This document shows positions 10,508-20,068 of a DNA stretch of 64,000 nt, piece by piece. Numbering within the stretch: the first letter of the stretch is position 1; each line of letters opens with the position of its first letter. The DNA comes from Candidatus Magasanikiibacteriota bacterium. GTDB lineage: Bacteria > Patescibacteriota > Patescibacteriia > Magasanikbacterales > UBA922. Under the pieces are notes generated by a model. The model worked only from the letters and a program-made list of their open reading frames with translations. It made no database searches and had not been told where the DNA came from. The position numbers and the translations under genes were made by a program. The DNA is taken from assembly GCA_016193335.1 (NCBI GenBank), contig JACPSK010000001.1, positions 422,962-486,961 on the forward strand, written 5' to 3'.

Positions 10508-11515
10508 TCACTTCTTTTTTAAAGTCTTCCCTACCTTTTCAGCCATCTCCACCAGACGGTTGGCATAGCCCCATTCATTGTCATACCAAGCCAATACTTT
10601 GACCAAATTTCCTCCGACTACAAGGGTAAATTCAGCGTCTACAATGGAAGAATGGGTGTTGCCGATAAAGTCGCTGGACACCAAAGGCTCGTTTGTAACA
10701 TCAAGTATGCCTTTTAAATATGTCCGAGACGCTTTATCCAGAACCATGTTAACTTGTTCTTTGGTCACCGTTTTCTTCAAGACAAACGTGAAATCAGTAA
10801 GAGAAACCGTAATGGTGGGAACTCGAACAGACAAGCCGTCGAATTTACCAACCAAACTGGGAATCACTTTCGCAGTGGCTTTTGCCGCTCCAGTGCTGGT
10901 CGGGACCATATTTTGTGCCGCGGCGCGAGCTCTTCTCAAATCTTTGTGTGGACCGTCTTGCAAGTTTTGGTCCGCGGTATAAGAATGAATCGTGGTCAGC
11001 ATTCCCTTTTCAATGCCGAAAGAACGCTCCATGACTTCGGCCACCGGAGCAGCCGAATTGGTGGTGCAGGAAGCATTGTCTATGATCAGTTCGTCTTTAT
11101 AAGATTCGCAATTTACTCCGCGCACGTAGGTCTTTACTCCTTCGCCTTTTGCCGGAGCGGAAATGATAACCCGCTTCGCGCCTGCCGCGAGGTGAGCGGC
11201 GGCTTTTTCTTTGCTGGTAAAAACTCCGGTTGATTCTACCACCACGTCAATGCCCAATTTCCCCCATGGTAATTTTGACGGCTCTTTTTCGGCCGATGTT
11301 TTGATTTTTTTACCATCAATAATGAGATGCTCTTCATCATACTCCACACGATGAGCAAAATCTTGATACGCGGTGTCATATTTCAAGAGGTGAGCCAAGG
11401 TACGAGTATCGGTCAAATCATTTATAGCCACCACTTGGATGCCCTTTTTCTCCCAAGCCACTTTGCAAGCATGCCGCCCGATCCTTCCGAATCCATTGAT
11501 TGCGATTTTAATCAT
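10508..11515 (-). CDS. gap: type I glyceraldehyde-3-phosphate dehydrogenase
   Basis: INGFGRIGR, NASCTTN and WYDNEWGY. Confidence 0.97.
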   Translation of the reverse strand: MIKIAINGFGRIGRHACKVAWEKKGIQVVAINDLTDTRTLAHLLKYDTAYQDFAHRVEYDEEHLIIDGKKIKTSAEKEPSKLPWGKLGIDVVVESTGVFTSKEKAAAHLAAGAKRVIISAPAKGEGVKTYVRGVNCESYKDELIIDNASCTTNSAAPVAEVMERSFGIEKGMLTTIHSYTADQNLQDGPHKDLRRARAAAQNMVPTSTGAAKATAKVIPSLVGKFDGLSVRVPTITVSLTDFTFVLKKTVTKEQVNMVLDKASRTYLKGILDVTNEPLVSSDFIGNTHSSIVDAEFTLVVGGNLVKVLAWYDNEWGYANRLVEMAEKVGKTLKKK

Positions 11516-11599
11516 AGAATTGTTTAAAAATGTCAAAACCAGTATACCAAATCATGAATATATAATTCAACAACAGACAGACCGGGCGCAATAGATATT

Positions 11600-11727
11600 A
11601 CAATTTTTAATTTATGATTTTTAATCAATTTTTATTCTCTTAATTTCTAATGACTAAATCCGCACGGTATCTTTCGGACAAGGATATTTTGTTTAGAGGA
11701 TCAAAATTGTAAATTAAAAATTAAAAA
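11600..11727. repeat. dispersed AT-rich heptamer-flanked repeat, copy C (diverged)
   Basis: Shares TTCTCTTAATTTCTAAT...GGTATCTTTC.GA with copy B. Confidence 0.7.
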
Positions 11728-11752
11728 AGAACGGGTTTACCCGTTCTTTTTT
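11723..11752 (-). terminator. intrinsic terminator after tsf
   Basis: AAAAAAGAACGGG-TTTA-CCCGTTCTTTTTT. Confidence 0.8.
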
Positions 11753-12398
11753 ATTTCAGTTGTTCGGCGACTTCGGAGACAAAATCGCATGCCTGTTTTT
11801 CTATACCCTCGCCCAGCTCATAACGCACAAAGCGACGAATACTTATTTTCTCCCCTATTTCGACCGTTTTTTCTTGCAACAATTGTTCTATGGTTTTGTC
11901 TTCATCTTTTACGAATTTTTGTTCCAGAAGACAAATCTCCTGATACCATTTTGCCAGTTTTCCTTCAAGAATTTTTTCCAACATTTCCGCCGGTTTGCCT
12001 TCATTTTTGAGTTGTTCGCGATACACGTCTTTTTCTTTTTCGATTTCTTCGGCAGATACTTCTTCTCGAGAAAGATATTTTGGAGAAGACGCGGCTATAT
12101 GCATGGCAATGTCCTGAACCAAGGCGCTGAATTGTTCATTGCGGGCCACAAAATCCGTTTCGCTATTTACTTCCACGAGCACGCCTATTTTGCCGCCGGC
12201 ATGAATATAACTCGCCACTTTGCCTTCGGCCGCTATTTTGCCCGCGCGCTTGGCAGCTTTGGCTATGCCCTTTTTCCTAAGGATTTCTACCGCCTTTTCA
12301 AAATGGCCGTTTGCCTCGTCCAAAGCCTTTTTGCAATCGAGCATCCCTGCTCCGGTTTGAGTTCTAAGTCTGGAAATATCTGAAACCTGTGTAGACAT
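11751..12398 (-). CDS. tsf: elongation factor Ts (short form)
   Basis: LRTQTGAGMLDCKKAL and EVNSETDFVA; lies downstream of rpsB. Confidence 0.96.
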   Translation of the reverse strand: MSTQVSDISRLRTQTGAGMLDCKKALDEANGHFEKAVEILRKKGIAKAAKRAGKIAAEGKVASYIHAGGKIGVLVEVNSETDFVARNEQFSALVQDIAMHIAASSPKYLSREEVSAEEIEKEKDVYREQLKNEGKPAEMLEKILEGKLAKWYQEICLLEQKFVKDEDKTIEQLLQEKTVEIGEKISIRRFVRYELGEGIEKQACDFVSEVAEQLK

Positions 12399-12569
12399 AA
12401 TAGAAATACGTATTAACCACTCCACGACAATCTGCGGCAGACTGGGGAGAGCCAAATTGAAAATTGTAATTTTTGAGAAAATTAAAGTCGCGATAAGCTA
12501 CAAAATCAGAAGCATGCGAAAACTCTATTTTCTCTCCCAAAAGACGAGACGAGGAAACGGGATTGAAAT

Positions 12570-13352
12570 TTATTGATCCGAAGCCACGGCAGCTTCAGAC
12601 GGCACGGGTTCGGCGATCTTCTTCTCTTCGACTTTAGAAGACTTGCCGCTTTGCTGTTGTTTCTTTTCCCATTCTTCTTTTCCGCGCTTCACCGCTCCGG
12701 CAACCAAATTCACCAACAAAGTAATGGATTTCACCGCGTCGTCATTGGCAGGAATGACATATTCCACTTTGTCCGGATTCGCGTTGCTGTCGCAGATACC
12801 TATAATGGGTACGCCCACGCGCCGCGCTTCTGCCAAGGTTGTTTTTTCTTTCTGAACCGCGGGGAGAAACAAAGCGTCCGGCATGCGTTCCAAAGTGGAA
12901 AGACCTTCCAAGTAGGAACTCATTTTCTCAACTTGACGCGCGATCTCCAACTGTTCTTTTTTTGTGTAGAGTTCAAAAGCTCCCTGAGCCTGCTTTTCTT
13001 TGAGATCATTGTATTTTCTGATCAGTTTTCTGATTTCAGAAAAATTGGTAAGCATGCCGCCCAGCCAACGATCCACGAGGTACGGCATGCCCACTTCAAT
13101 AGCCGCTTTTTTTACGATTTCTCGAGCCTGAGCTTTGGTGGAAACAAAAAGTATCTGTTTGCCTTCGGCAGCCATTTTTTCCACGACCGCGAGCACCTCT
13201 TTGAGCTGTTCCAAAGTTTTCTCTAAATTAATAATATGGACGCCGTTACGCTCCATATATATGTATGGTTTCATTTTCGGATGCCAACGAGATACCTGAT
13301 GCCCAAAATGGGCTCCGGCCTCGAGCATGTCCACGAGACTGGGAAGATTCAT
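12570..13352 (-). CDS. rpsB: 30S ribosomal protein S2
   Basis: AGAHFGH, RWLGGMLTNF and IPANDDA. Confidence 0.97.
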   Translation of the reverse strand: MNLPSLVDMLEAGAHFGHQVSRWHPKMKPYIYMERNGVHIINLEKTLEQLKEVLAVVEKMAAEGKQILFVSTKAQAREIVKKAAIEVGMPYLVDRWLGGMLTNFSEIRKLIRKYNDLKEKQAQGAFELYTKKEQLEIARQVEKMSSYLEGLSTLERMPDALFLPAVQKEKTTLAEARRVGVPIIGICDSNANPDKVEYVIPANDDAVKSITLLVNLVAGAVKRGKEEWEKKQQQSGKSSKVEEKKIAEPVPSEAAVASDQ

Positions 13353-13514
13353 AGAAAATATTTCCTTTATCCTCCTCCATCCTGCCCGCGCGCGTCTTGG
13401 CGCTTTGGGAGGAAATAAAATGGATAGAGTGAGGGATATAAATTAAGTATGCGCAAAGTGTATAGGATACTTAAAATTTTGTCAATGCTAATGTATCAAA
13501 ACTTGAATCTTAAA

Positions 13515-13624
13515 ATTTCACAAAAGAACTGTTTCAGGAGACTGCGGAGCGCGATCTGGCGCGAGCCTGAGCGAAAATTCAGCAGAATTTTACGCGTGCT
13601 CCTGAAACAGTTATTTTGTGAAAT
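13515..13624. repeat. 110-bp palindromic element with 26-bp inverted arms
   Basis: ATTTCACAAAAGAACTGTTTCAGGAG (13515-13540) against CTCCTGAAACAGTTATTTTGTGAAAT (13599-13624), one mismatch. Confidence 0.8.
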
Positions 13625-13660
13625 AAAATTTTAAAATAAATAAAAACACTTAGAAATGAA

Positions 13661-13694
13661 GAAGGACGGCCACGCATCTGCGCAACCGTCCTTC
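13661..13694 (-). terminator. probable terminator hairpin after the GC-rich orphan
   Basis: GAAGGACGG...CCGTCCTTC stem followed by a T-rich tract on the minus strand. Confidence 0.55.
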
Positions 13695-13726
13695 CAAGGG
13701 TAGCTTCTGCCACCCTACTCCTTACT

Positions 13727-15322
13727 TCACTTCTTTTTGTTCTTACCACCACCCTTCTTCGGGTGGTCCTCCTTGGCCGGCGCCTCGGGCGCGGGGACCT
13801 GGTCCGAGGCCGTGGGCACCTCGACCTGATCGGCCGCGGCCTCCGCCACCTCGTCGGGGACGGACGGCATGGTCTCCGCGGCATCGGCCTCGGCCGTGGG
13901 CTCCGTGGCCAGGACGACCTCGGTGGCCGGCTCCGGCGCGACGGCCATGCCCTGGTCGGCCTTGGCCACCGCCTCGTCCTCGACGACCGACGTGGGCTCC
14001 GCCACAAGGTCAGCAGACGCGACCGGCACCGCCTTCGGCTCCCGCTTGGGCTCGGGGAGGCCGAGCTTCCGGCGGACCATGCGGTCCAGCTCGGTCGAGC
14101 TCATACCCCCCGCGGCCTTACGGAAGGCCTCGGCCACCGGTTCGACCCGATCATCCGCGGGGTTCTCCTGGTGGTGCTTGGCCTGGCGCTCGGCCGCGGC
14201 CTCCTTGAGGAGGCGCGTGACATCGAGGTTCCCGAGATCCGCGTCCTCGGGGAGAGCATCGACGATGCGCCTCGCCGACTTGTTGGCGGACTTGACGGTG
14301 GGCACGCCGCCCATCCTCACCAGCCGCTCCCCGATCTCATCCACGAGTCGCTTCTTCGCCATGCGACGCGTGCGCTTGGCCTCGTCGGCCTCGGCCAGCG
14401 CCAGGAGCTCGGCACGCTCGGCCTCGATCTCCTCGCGGCTCCGCGGCCGGGGCATGCTGAAGAGCATGGCCAGCTCGGGGAGCTTGCGGGCCTCCCGAGC
14501 GATATTCATCTTCTGCGGGTCATCGGCGCTGATCTCTCGGATCTGTTCCTTGGTCATCACGCCGTGAGCCCGGAAGACCCTCTCCAGCTTGTCGAGCAGA
14601 TTCTGGAGCGTCCGAACCCGCTCCCGGTAGAGGCCGACGGCCTCGCCGGTGAGGTTCGGCTGGTCCTTCCGGAGCATGCCCTGGAGCTTGCGCATGTGCA
14701 TCTCCGTGAGGATGACGAAACGCATACCCGCGGACCACTTGGCGTTCCGCCAGACCAAGTCCGGGAAGATCCCGGCCAGCTCGGTCCGCAGGGGGTGCCC
14801 CACCTCGATGGGCCCGCGCTCCGGCGGCGGGGCGACCACGCGGGCCGTCTGTCCGCCCTCGTCCGCCAGCATGGCCGTGCCGGCCTTCGAGTGGCCGTTG
14901 CCACCGACCTTGCCCTTGGGGGTCTCGACGGCGGGCGGCGGGGCCACGGGCGCGGGCTCGGCGGGCTCCTCGTCGTCCTCGAACAGGAAGGCCATGGCCG
15001 CGGCCTGGGCCGCCTTGGCCTCGGCGATCTGCGCCTCGACGCCGCGCTTCCACTTCGTGACCATGAGGCCGCGACCCTCGGGGGTCGCGAGGAGATCCTC
15101 GGCCTTCATCGCAGCCAGACCGCGGAGGATCCGCTCGGACTTGGCCTTCGCCGCCTCGTCCTTGGCCACGGCCTGTTCGGCCTTGGCCTTCGTCGTCTTC
15201 TCCTCGATCAGCTGGACCGCGGTGGCCAGCAGCTCCTCGTTCGTGGGCTCACGGACGGTCGTGCCGTCCGACGTGAAGAAACCCGACTCGGATGCCACAA
15301 CCGCCTGCGTCTCATCGCTCAT
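13727..15322 (-). CDS. GC-rich orphan protein (531 aa, Ala/Glu-rich, partly coiled-coil/disordered)
   Basis: Long ORF with strong third-position GC bias, SD GGAG before ATG 15322, its own promoter and a terminator. Confidence 0.8.
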   Translation of the reverse strand: MSDETQAVVASESGFFTSDGTTVREPTNEELLATAVQLIEEKTTKAKAEQAVAKDEAAKAKSERILRGLAAMKAEDLLATPEGRGLMVTKWKRGVEAQIAEAKAAQAAAMAFLFEDDEEPAEPAPVAPPPAVETPKGKVGGNGHSKAGTAMLADEGGQTARVVAPPPERGPIEVGHPLRTELAGIFPDLVWRNAKWSAGMRFVILTEMHMRKLQGMLRKDQPNLTGEAVGLYRERVRTLQNLLDKLERVFRAHGVMTKEQIREISADDPQKMNIAREARKLPELAMLFSMPRPRSREEIEAERAELLALAEADEAKRTRRMAKKRLVDEIGERLVRMGGVPTVKSANKSARRIVDALPEDADLGNLDVTRLLKEAAAERQAKHHQENPADDRVEPVAEAFRKAAGGMSSTELDRMVRRKLGLPEPKREPKAVPVASADLVAEPTSVVEDEAVAKADQGMAVAPEPATEVVLATEPTAEADAAETMPSVPDEVAEAAADQVEVPTASDQVPAPEAPAKEDHPKKGGGKNKKK

Positions 15323-15437
15323 GGTCGCAATCTCCAATCGAACGCCGATGCGTTCGATATCAAAAAAATTAAGAACACACTCAAAAGCCTCGCAAACCCA
15401 AGGTACGACCCCAAGAAAGCGTGACTCGAGCCAGAGA

Positions 15438-15465
15438 CTATAGCGAATGATAATGAATTTGTCAA
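15438..15465 (-). promoter_or_regulatory. sigma70-type promoter for the GC-rich orphan
   Basis: TTGACA-17 nt-TATAGT on the minus strand. Confidence 0.75.
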
Positions 15466-15497
15466 GTATAGGCCTCAACAGAGCGAAAAAATCGCCC

Positions 15498-15526
15498 TTG
15501 ACAGCGAAAAAGCCGAGTGTTATACT
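15498..15526 (+). promoter_or_regulatory. sigma70-type promoter for rpmE
   Basis: TTGACA-17 nt-TATACT, with TG just upstream of the -10. Confidence 0.75.
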
Positions 15527-15564
15527 GTTTTAACTTTACTTATCTAGAATTTTGCGAGCAAAGT

Positions 15565-15933
15565 ATGAAGCAAAATATCCATCCGAAATCTCACCCCGTG
15601 GTTTTTGTGGACAGCTCTTCTCATACGGAATTTATCACCACTTCCACTTTAAGTTCAGAAAAAACCAGAGACATAGACGGCCTCACTCATTTTGTAATCC
15701 CCATAGAAATTTCTTCTGCCTCTCATCCCTTTTTCACGGGCAAACAAATCTTGGTGGACACTGCCCGGCGCGTGGAAAAATTCAAAGAAAAAATGGAAAA
15801 AGCAGTAAAGGCTTCCGGCGAGCGCAAAGGCAAAAAAGTAAAACGAGTAGCCCGCGCCAAAAAACAAGGGGATAATGAAAATGAAATTGAAAAAAAGAAA
15901 ATAGAAGAAGTAAAAGCCAAAGAAACAAAATAG
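15565..15933 (+). CDS. rpmE: 50S ribosomal protein L31, type B (Cys-less) with Lys-rich C-terminal tail
   Basis: MKQNIHP and EISSASHPFFTGKQ..VDTARRVEKF. Confidence 0.93.
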   Translation: MKQNIHPKSHPVVFVDSSSHTEFITTSTLSSEKTRDIDGLTHFVIPIEISSASHPFFTGKQILVDTARRVEKFKEKMEKAVKASGERKGKKVKRVARAKKQGDNENEIEKKKIEEVKAKETK

Positions 15934-15947
15934 CTAAGCGCAATGAT

Positions 15948-15973
15948 AAAACAGGCTTCTTTGGCCTGTTTTT
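15948..15973 (+). terminator. intrinsic terminator after rpmE
   Basis: AAAACAGGC-loop-GCCTGTTTTT. Confidence 0.7.
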
Positions 15974-16113
15974 GATTTGAGAAATGAGCCACGCCTCTTG
16001 GACTTATTTTAAAAAATGGAATCTACAAAAATACAGAACAGAATCATAATCCTTGAGCCTCTCAAAGCTTTAGACGCGAGCGAGGTCTTCTCATTCACTT
16101 TAATGGATATCCT

Positions 16114-17184
16114 ATGAACCAAAAATATCAAGAATTAAAAAATAAATTCAAGGCACTCGAAACAGAGCTGCAAAATCCGGCTCTTGTTCGGGACGGCCAA
16201 AAAATGAAAGAACTGTCTCAAGAATTCAATGAATTAAAAATAATAATGGGAAAAATACAGGCCCTCGAAAAAACCGAGAATGACCTTTCTCAAACCGCAG
16301 AACTGCTGGAGCATGAAAGCGACGCTTCTCTCAAAGAACTGGCAGAACAAGAATTAAAAACACTCGAGGAAACACAAAATATCTTGGAACAAGAGCTCTC
16401 TGAACTCTGCCGCCCCAAAGATCCTCTGGACAAAAAAAATGTAATCATGGAAATCCGGGCCGGAGCCGGAGGAGACGAAGCGGCTCTCTTTGCCGGCGAT
16501 CTTCTGCGCATGTACCTGCGCTATGCTGAAAACAAAAAATGGAAAACAGCGCTTCTGAGTGAAAATCAAATCGGCATAGGAGGCTACAAAGAAGTGATTT
16601 TTTCCATGGAAGGAAGCAATGTATTCAAAGACATGAAGTATGAAATGGGCGTCCACCGCGTGCAACGCATACCGGAAACCGAAAAATCCGGACGCGTCCA
16701 CACCTCCACGGCGAGCGTGGCCGTGCTTCCTGAAATAGAGGAAACCGAATTTGAAATCAATCCCGGCGATCTGCGCATAGACACTTTTTGCGCGGGCGGG
16801 CATGGAGGCCAGAGCGTAAACACCACTCATAGCGCAGTGCGCATTACCCATATCCCCACAAACACAGTCGTGCAATGCCAGGATGAGCGATCTCAAACTC
16901 AAAACAAATTGAAGGCTATGAATGTTCTTAGAGCCCGTCTCTACGAAATGGAAAGAGAAAAACAAAAAACAGAGCTTGATCAAAAACGAAAAAGCCAAAT
17001 CGGAAACGGAGACCGAAGCGAAAAAATACGAACTTACAATATACCCCAAGACCGCATTACCGATCACCGGATCAAAGAGAGCTGGAATAATATTCAGACT
17101 ATTTTGAACGGGAATCTGGAAAATCTCATTGAAACTTTGAGGGCGGCGGATTATAAAGATCAAAGCGATTCAGTAGACGCATAA
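16114..17184 (+). CDS. prfA: peptide chain release factor 1
   Basis: [18 protein letters not shown] (PxT) motif and GGQ; followed by prmC. Confidence 0.96.
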   Translation: MNQKYQELKNKFKALETELQNPALVRDGQKMKELSQEFNELKIIMGKIQALEKTENDLSQTAELLEHESDASLKELAEQELKTLEETQNILEQELSELCRPKDPLDKKNVIMEIRAGAGGDEAALFAGDLLRMYLRYAENKKWKTALLSENQIGIGGYKEVIFSMEGSNVFKDMKYEMGVHRVQRIPETEKSGRVHTSTASVAVLPEIEETEFEINPGDLRIDTFCAGGHGGQSVNTTHSAVRITHIPTNTVVQCQDERSQTQNKLKAMNVLRARLYEMEREKQKTELDQKRKSQIGNGDRSEKIRTYNIPQDRITDHRIKESWNNIQTILNGNLENLIETLRAADYKDQSDSVDA

Positions 17185-17205
17185 GTATTCCATTGCTCCG
17201 TATTT

Positions 17206-18135
17206 ATGCAGACAATTCAAAAACTCTTAAACCGGACAGCGAAGCGCCAGACCGAAAGGCTGGACGCGGAATTGATACTTGCTCACAGTCTCGGCAAAAC
17301 AAGAGAATGGATTATCGCTCATCCTGAGCACGCGCCACCACTTCTGGAACGCTGGCGCTTCAAGAGAAATGTTTCAAAACGAATGCACGGCCTTCCTCTC
17401 GCGTATATCACCGGGTACAAAACATTTTTCGGGCTGAATTTCGTGGTAAACAAATACACACTCATCCCAAGGCCGGAAACAGAACTCCTCGTAGAAGAGA
17501 CCCTGAATATTATAAAAACTGAATCCAAAAACATTCCAAAAAAAAACACGCTTCTTATCGATATAGGCACAGGTTCAGGCTGTATTCCCATTTCTATACT
17601 AGAGTCCATCTCAAAAACCCTTGGCAATTCAGAAAACAATCAGCGCATAGCAACGATAGCCACCGATATTTCCGGAAAAGCGCTCAAAATCGCCAAAAAA
17701 AATCAAAAAAAACATGCAACAAAGATAAAATTCATAAAACAGAATCTCCTTCCACCCGCTTCCGTGCTGGTCTCTTATCTCAAAAAAACCGATCTGATCC
17801 TCATCACAGCCAATCTCCCCTACCTCAGCGAAGAACAATGGAACTCTGAATCTTCCATAAAATATGAACCGAAAGCCGCGCTCGTGGCTCCGGACCAAGG
17901 CTTGGGATTATACAAAAATTTGTTCCGGCAGATTGTCGATGTCATCCAAAAGGATGAAACAGAATTGAAACAAAAAAAAATCTATATACTCTGTGAAATT
18001 GGTCCCTGTCAATCGGCAAGACTCACGACATATATCAAAAAAATAATCAAAAACGCGGACATTAAGATAAAAAAAGATCTCTCCGGACTCGAGCGCTGCT
18101 TCATAATTCGGATTGACAAAAAGCTTTGTTTGTGA
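17206..18135 (+). CDS. prmC: release factor glutamine N5-methyltransferase
   Basis: LIPRPETE, DIGTGSGCI and ANLPY. Confidence 0.93.
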   Translation: MQTIQKLLNRTAKRQTERLDAELILAHSLGKTREWIIAHPEHAPPLLERWRFKRNVSKRMHGLPLAYITGYKTFFGLNFVVNKYTLIPRPETELLVEETLNIIKTESKNIPKKNTLLIDIGTGSGCIPISILESISKTLGNSENNQRIATIATDISGKALKIAKKNQKKHATKIKFIKQNLLPPASVLVSYLKKTDLILITANLPYLSEEQWNSESSIKYEPKAALVAPDQGLGLYKNLFRQIVDVIQKDETELKQKKIYILCEIGPCQSARLTTYIKKIIKNADIKIKKDLSGLERCFIIRIDKKLCL

Positions 18136-18197
18136 TGAGATACCCCCATTCTTTTAAAACGTGAAAGAGTGGCGTGAACAAGTCAAGGAGTATATTA

Positions 18198-18560
18198 ATG
18201 AAAGCGGACAAAAAAGGCGTTATGAGTCCCTTCGTGGACGAAGGACGCATAGAGACTTGGCTGGCCCAGGAAAATCCCTCCGACGGGTTGGCGCTAAAGC
18301 TGGCGAGAATTATTTCTCGCTGGCACATGGAAGAAGGAAGACCGCTCGAGGTGGTCCTCCAAGCCATGCGCGACTATGGCGCAAAACGTCTGAGCTGGGA
18401 CAGCCTGAAACTTCGCGAGAGTCTTGAGCTTCTCGCGAATACGGGGACGCTCCGGCTTTCGGTTGCTCAAATCGAGGCCTTGGTCCGGAATGCGGCCCGC
18501 CTTCAGTCCAAACATTTGACTCAGAGGTACTCCTCTGAACCGCGTCGTCCTCGATGCTAG
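18198..18560 (+). CDS. hypothetical protein (moderately GC-rich orphan)
   Basis: AAGGAG SD 7 nt before ATG 18198; TTGACA at 18113; downstream terminator. Confidence 0.6.
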   Translation: MKADKKGVMSPFVDEGRIETWLAQENPSDGLALKLARIISRWHMEEGRPLEVVLQAMRDYGAKRLSWDSLKLRESLELLANTGTLRLSVAQIEALVRNAARLQSKHLTQRYSSEPRRPRC

Positions 18561-18616
18561 CCCGCCGGACCGCAGTAGTCAGCTCCAACGCCACTACACT
18601 CTTTCGCGTTTTACAA

Positions 18617-18646
18617 AAAATCAAGGGTTTATAAGCCCTTGATTTT
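18617..18646. terminator. bidirectional terminator
   Basis: AAAATCAAGGG...CCCTTGATTTT between convergent genes. Confidence 0.65.
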
Positions 18647-18796
18647 AAAAATCCAAAAAAAATTCTGCTACAAGACCGCCAAAAAAGTATTATAAAAACT
18701 AAAACCTTTCCAAGAGATCCCCCACCGGGGAGAATACCACAGAACTGATTAATAAAAAGTAAAACGGTTAGAGAACAAGACAAATGTCAATAAAAT

Positions 18797-19900
18797 TCAA
18801 TTCCAGACACCGGAGTCTGAGCTATAATCAAGAACAGAAATCTGGTTGAGCACCTCGATCCAAATCTTCCCGGCTTTCAAAGCAATATCTTGTCCATCTG
18901 CGTCAACCCAGCTTGTTTTAGACTCCAGAGATTCTTTGATCCATCTGCCTTCCACAACATAGCCATCCCTAAAAATCATTGCCGACCCAGCGCCTATCGT
19001 GTCCATTTCTTTGCGCCCTATGGCGTCTATGGTTTTTGTATTTACTCTTTGCACAATGACCGTGTCCGCGCTCATCACTGAGCCATCTTGATTCAAGTGG
19101 GGCTCTTTCATTTGGAAACGTTCGTATTTGCCTGTGGACGTATTATATTTCCACTCCACCGTGTATACAGGACTCCCAAAATTAATTTCAATGGAGCCGG
19201 CGCAATTCACTGCACAGGATTCTGTTTCAGAATAATGCCAGGAACTGCTGGTAAATTCTTTCTGGTCTTTGGCATATTGGTCAAAAGCTTTTTTCCAAAG
19301 CTTGCTCGAAGTATAAGTATTGTGCGGCGCCAATCTGTCCGAACTCCGCCAAAAATACCAGCCATGATAAAATTCGTTTATATCAAAAATGTCAGTTTCT
19401 GAAATACGAGAAAGAGCTTGGGGCGAACCTCCCACATGCATATACAATGGACGGCCATACTCAAGGAGCCAATCCAGATAATAGGGCCGAGCACTGCGCA
19501 CTGGCCCAACTTTATGTACCTCATCATCCAATAAATACAAAGCCATAAAACGCGGGATATTCCCTTCCACCGGCGCTTCATATACAATGCGCGCTTTATC
19601 AAGTCCGGATTGGGGCCAAGATTCAAAATGGTTTTCCACCATTATAGCCAAAACCTCCCGCTCTGTTTCATAAGCGGTAGCAACACAGACTCCGTCCAAA
19701 ACTCTCCGATGAACGCAGTCCTGAACTTCCAACGTGTCTGAAAGCGGCGCGGTATCATTATGATCTTGCGGAAAAAATCTTGCGTTTCCGTAAAATTGAT
19801 ACAAAAAATAGGCAAGCAGACACAGAGAAACAGAAACTATCAGCAGCCCAAGAGCATATACATAAGAAAGCTCGTCTTTCACTTTTTTTTCTTTCAACAC
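18797..19900 (-). CDS. DUF3048 (YerB-like) membrane-anchored protein
   Basis: AIMVEN..SWPQSGL, YEAPVEGNIPRF, GPVRSARPY and APHNTY; N-terminal TM helix. Confidence 0.85.
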   Translation of the reverse strand: MLKEKKVKDELSYVYALGLLIVSVSLCLLAYFLYQFYGNARFFPQDHNDTAPLSDTLEVQDCVHRRVLDGVCVATAYETEREVLAIMVENHFESWPQSGLDKARIVYEAPVEGNIPRFMALYLLDDEVHKVGPVRSARPYYLDWLLEYGRPLYMHVGGSPQALSRISETDIFDINEFYHGWYFWRSSDRLAPHNTYTSSKLWKKAFDQYAKDQKEFTSSSWHYSETESCAVNCAGSIEINFGSPVYTVEWKYNTSTGKYERFQMKEPHLNQDGSVMSADTVIVQRVNTKTIDAIGRKEMDTIGAGSAMIFRDGYVVEGRWIKESLESKTSWVDADGQDIALKAGKIWIEVLNQISVLDYSSDSGVWN

Positions 19901-20021
19901 AGTGTGATTTTTATCCCCTCCTTTACTAAGGAGGGGGTGTAGGGTGTGGTTGTATGGAGCTTAGAGGGATATTTGTATGATGAAATCATGGGATTCTGTC
20001 TATACTAACAAATTATAAGCC

Positions 20022-20059
20022 AAACATAAAGGCGCCGGACAAGCGGCGCCTTTATGTTT
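20022..20059 (-). terminator. terminator after rplY
   Basis: AAACATAAAGGCGCCG...CGGCGCCTTTATGTTT. Confidence 0.7.
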
Positions 20060-20068
20060 TGTATGTAT

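Noticed and set aside
13763-15424. 553-aa plus-strand ORF and other overlapping ORFs in the GC-rich island
   Set aside because: Antisense shadow of the minus-strand gene: extreme GC3 removes stop codons, and the promoter, SD and terminator all support the minus strand.
18650-18796. Putative minus-strand sRNA starting at TTGACA near 18790
   Set aside because: No acceptable -10 at 16-18 nt spacing; it may simply be the 3' UTR of the DUF3048 gene.
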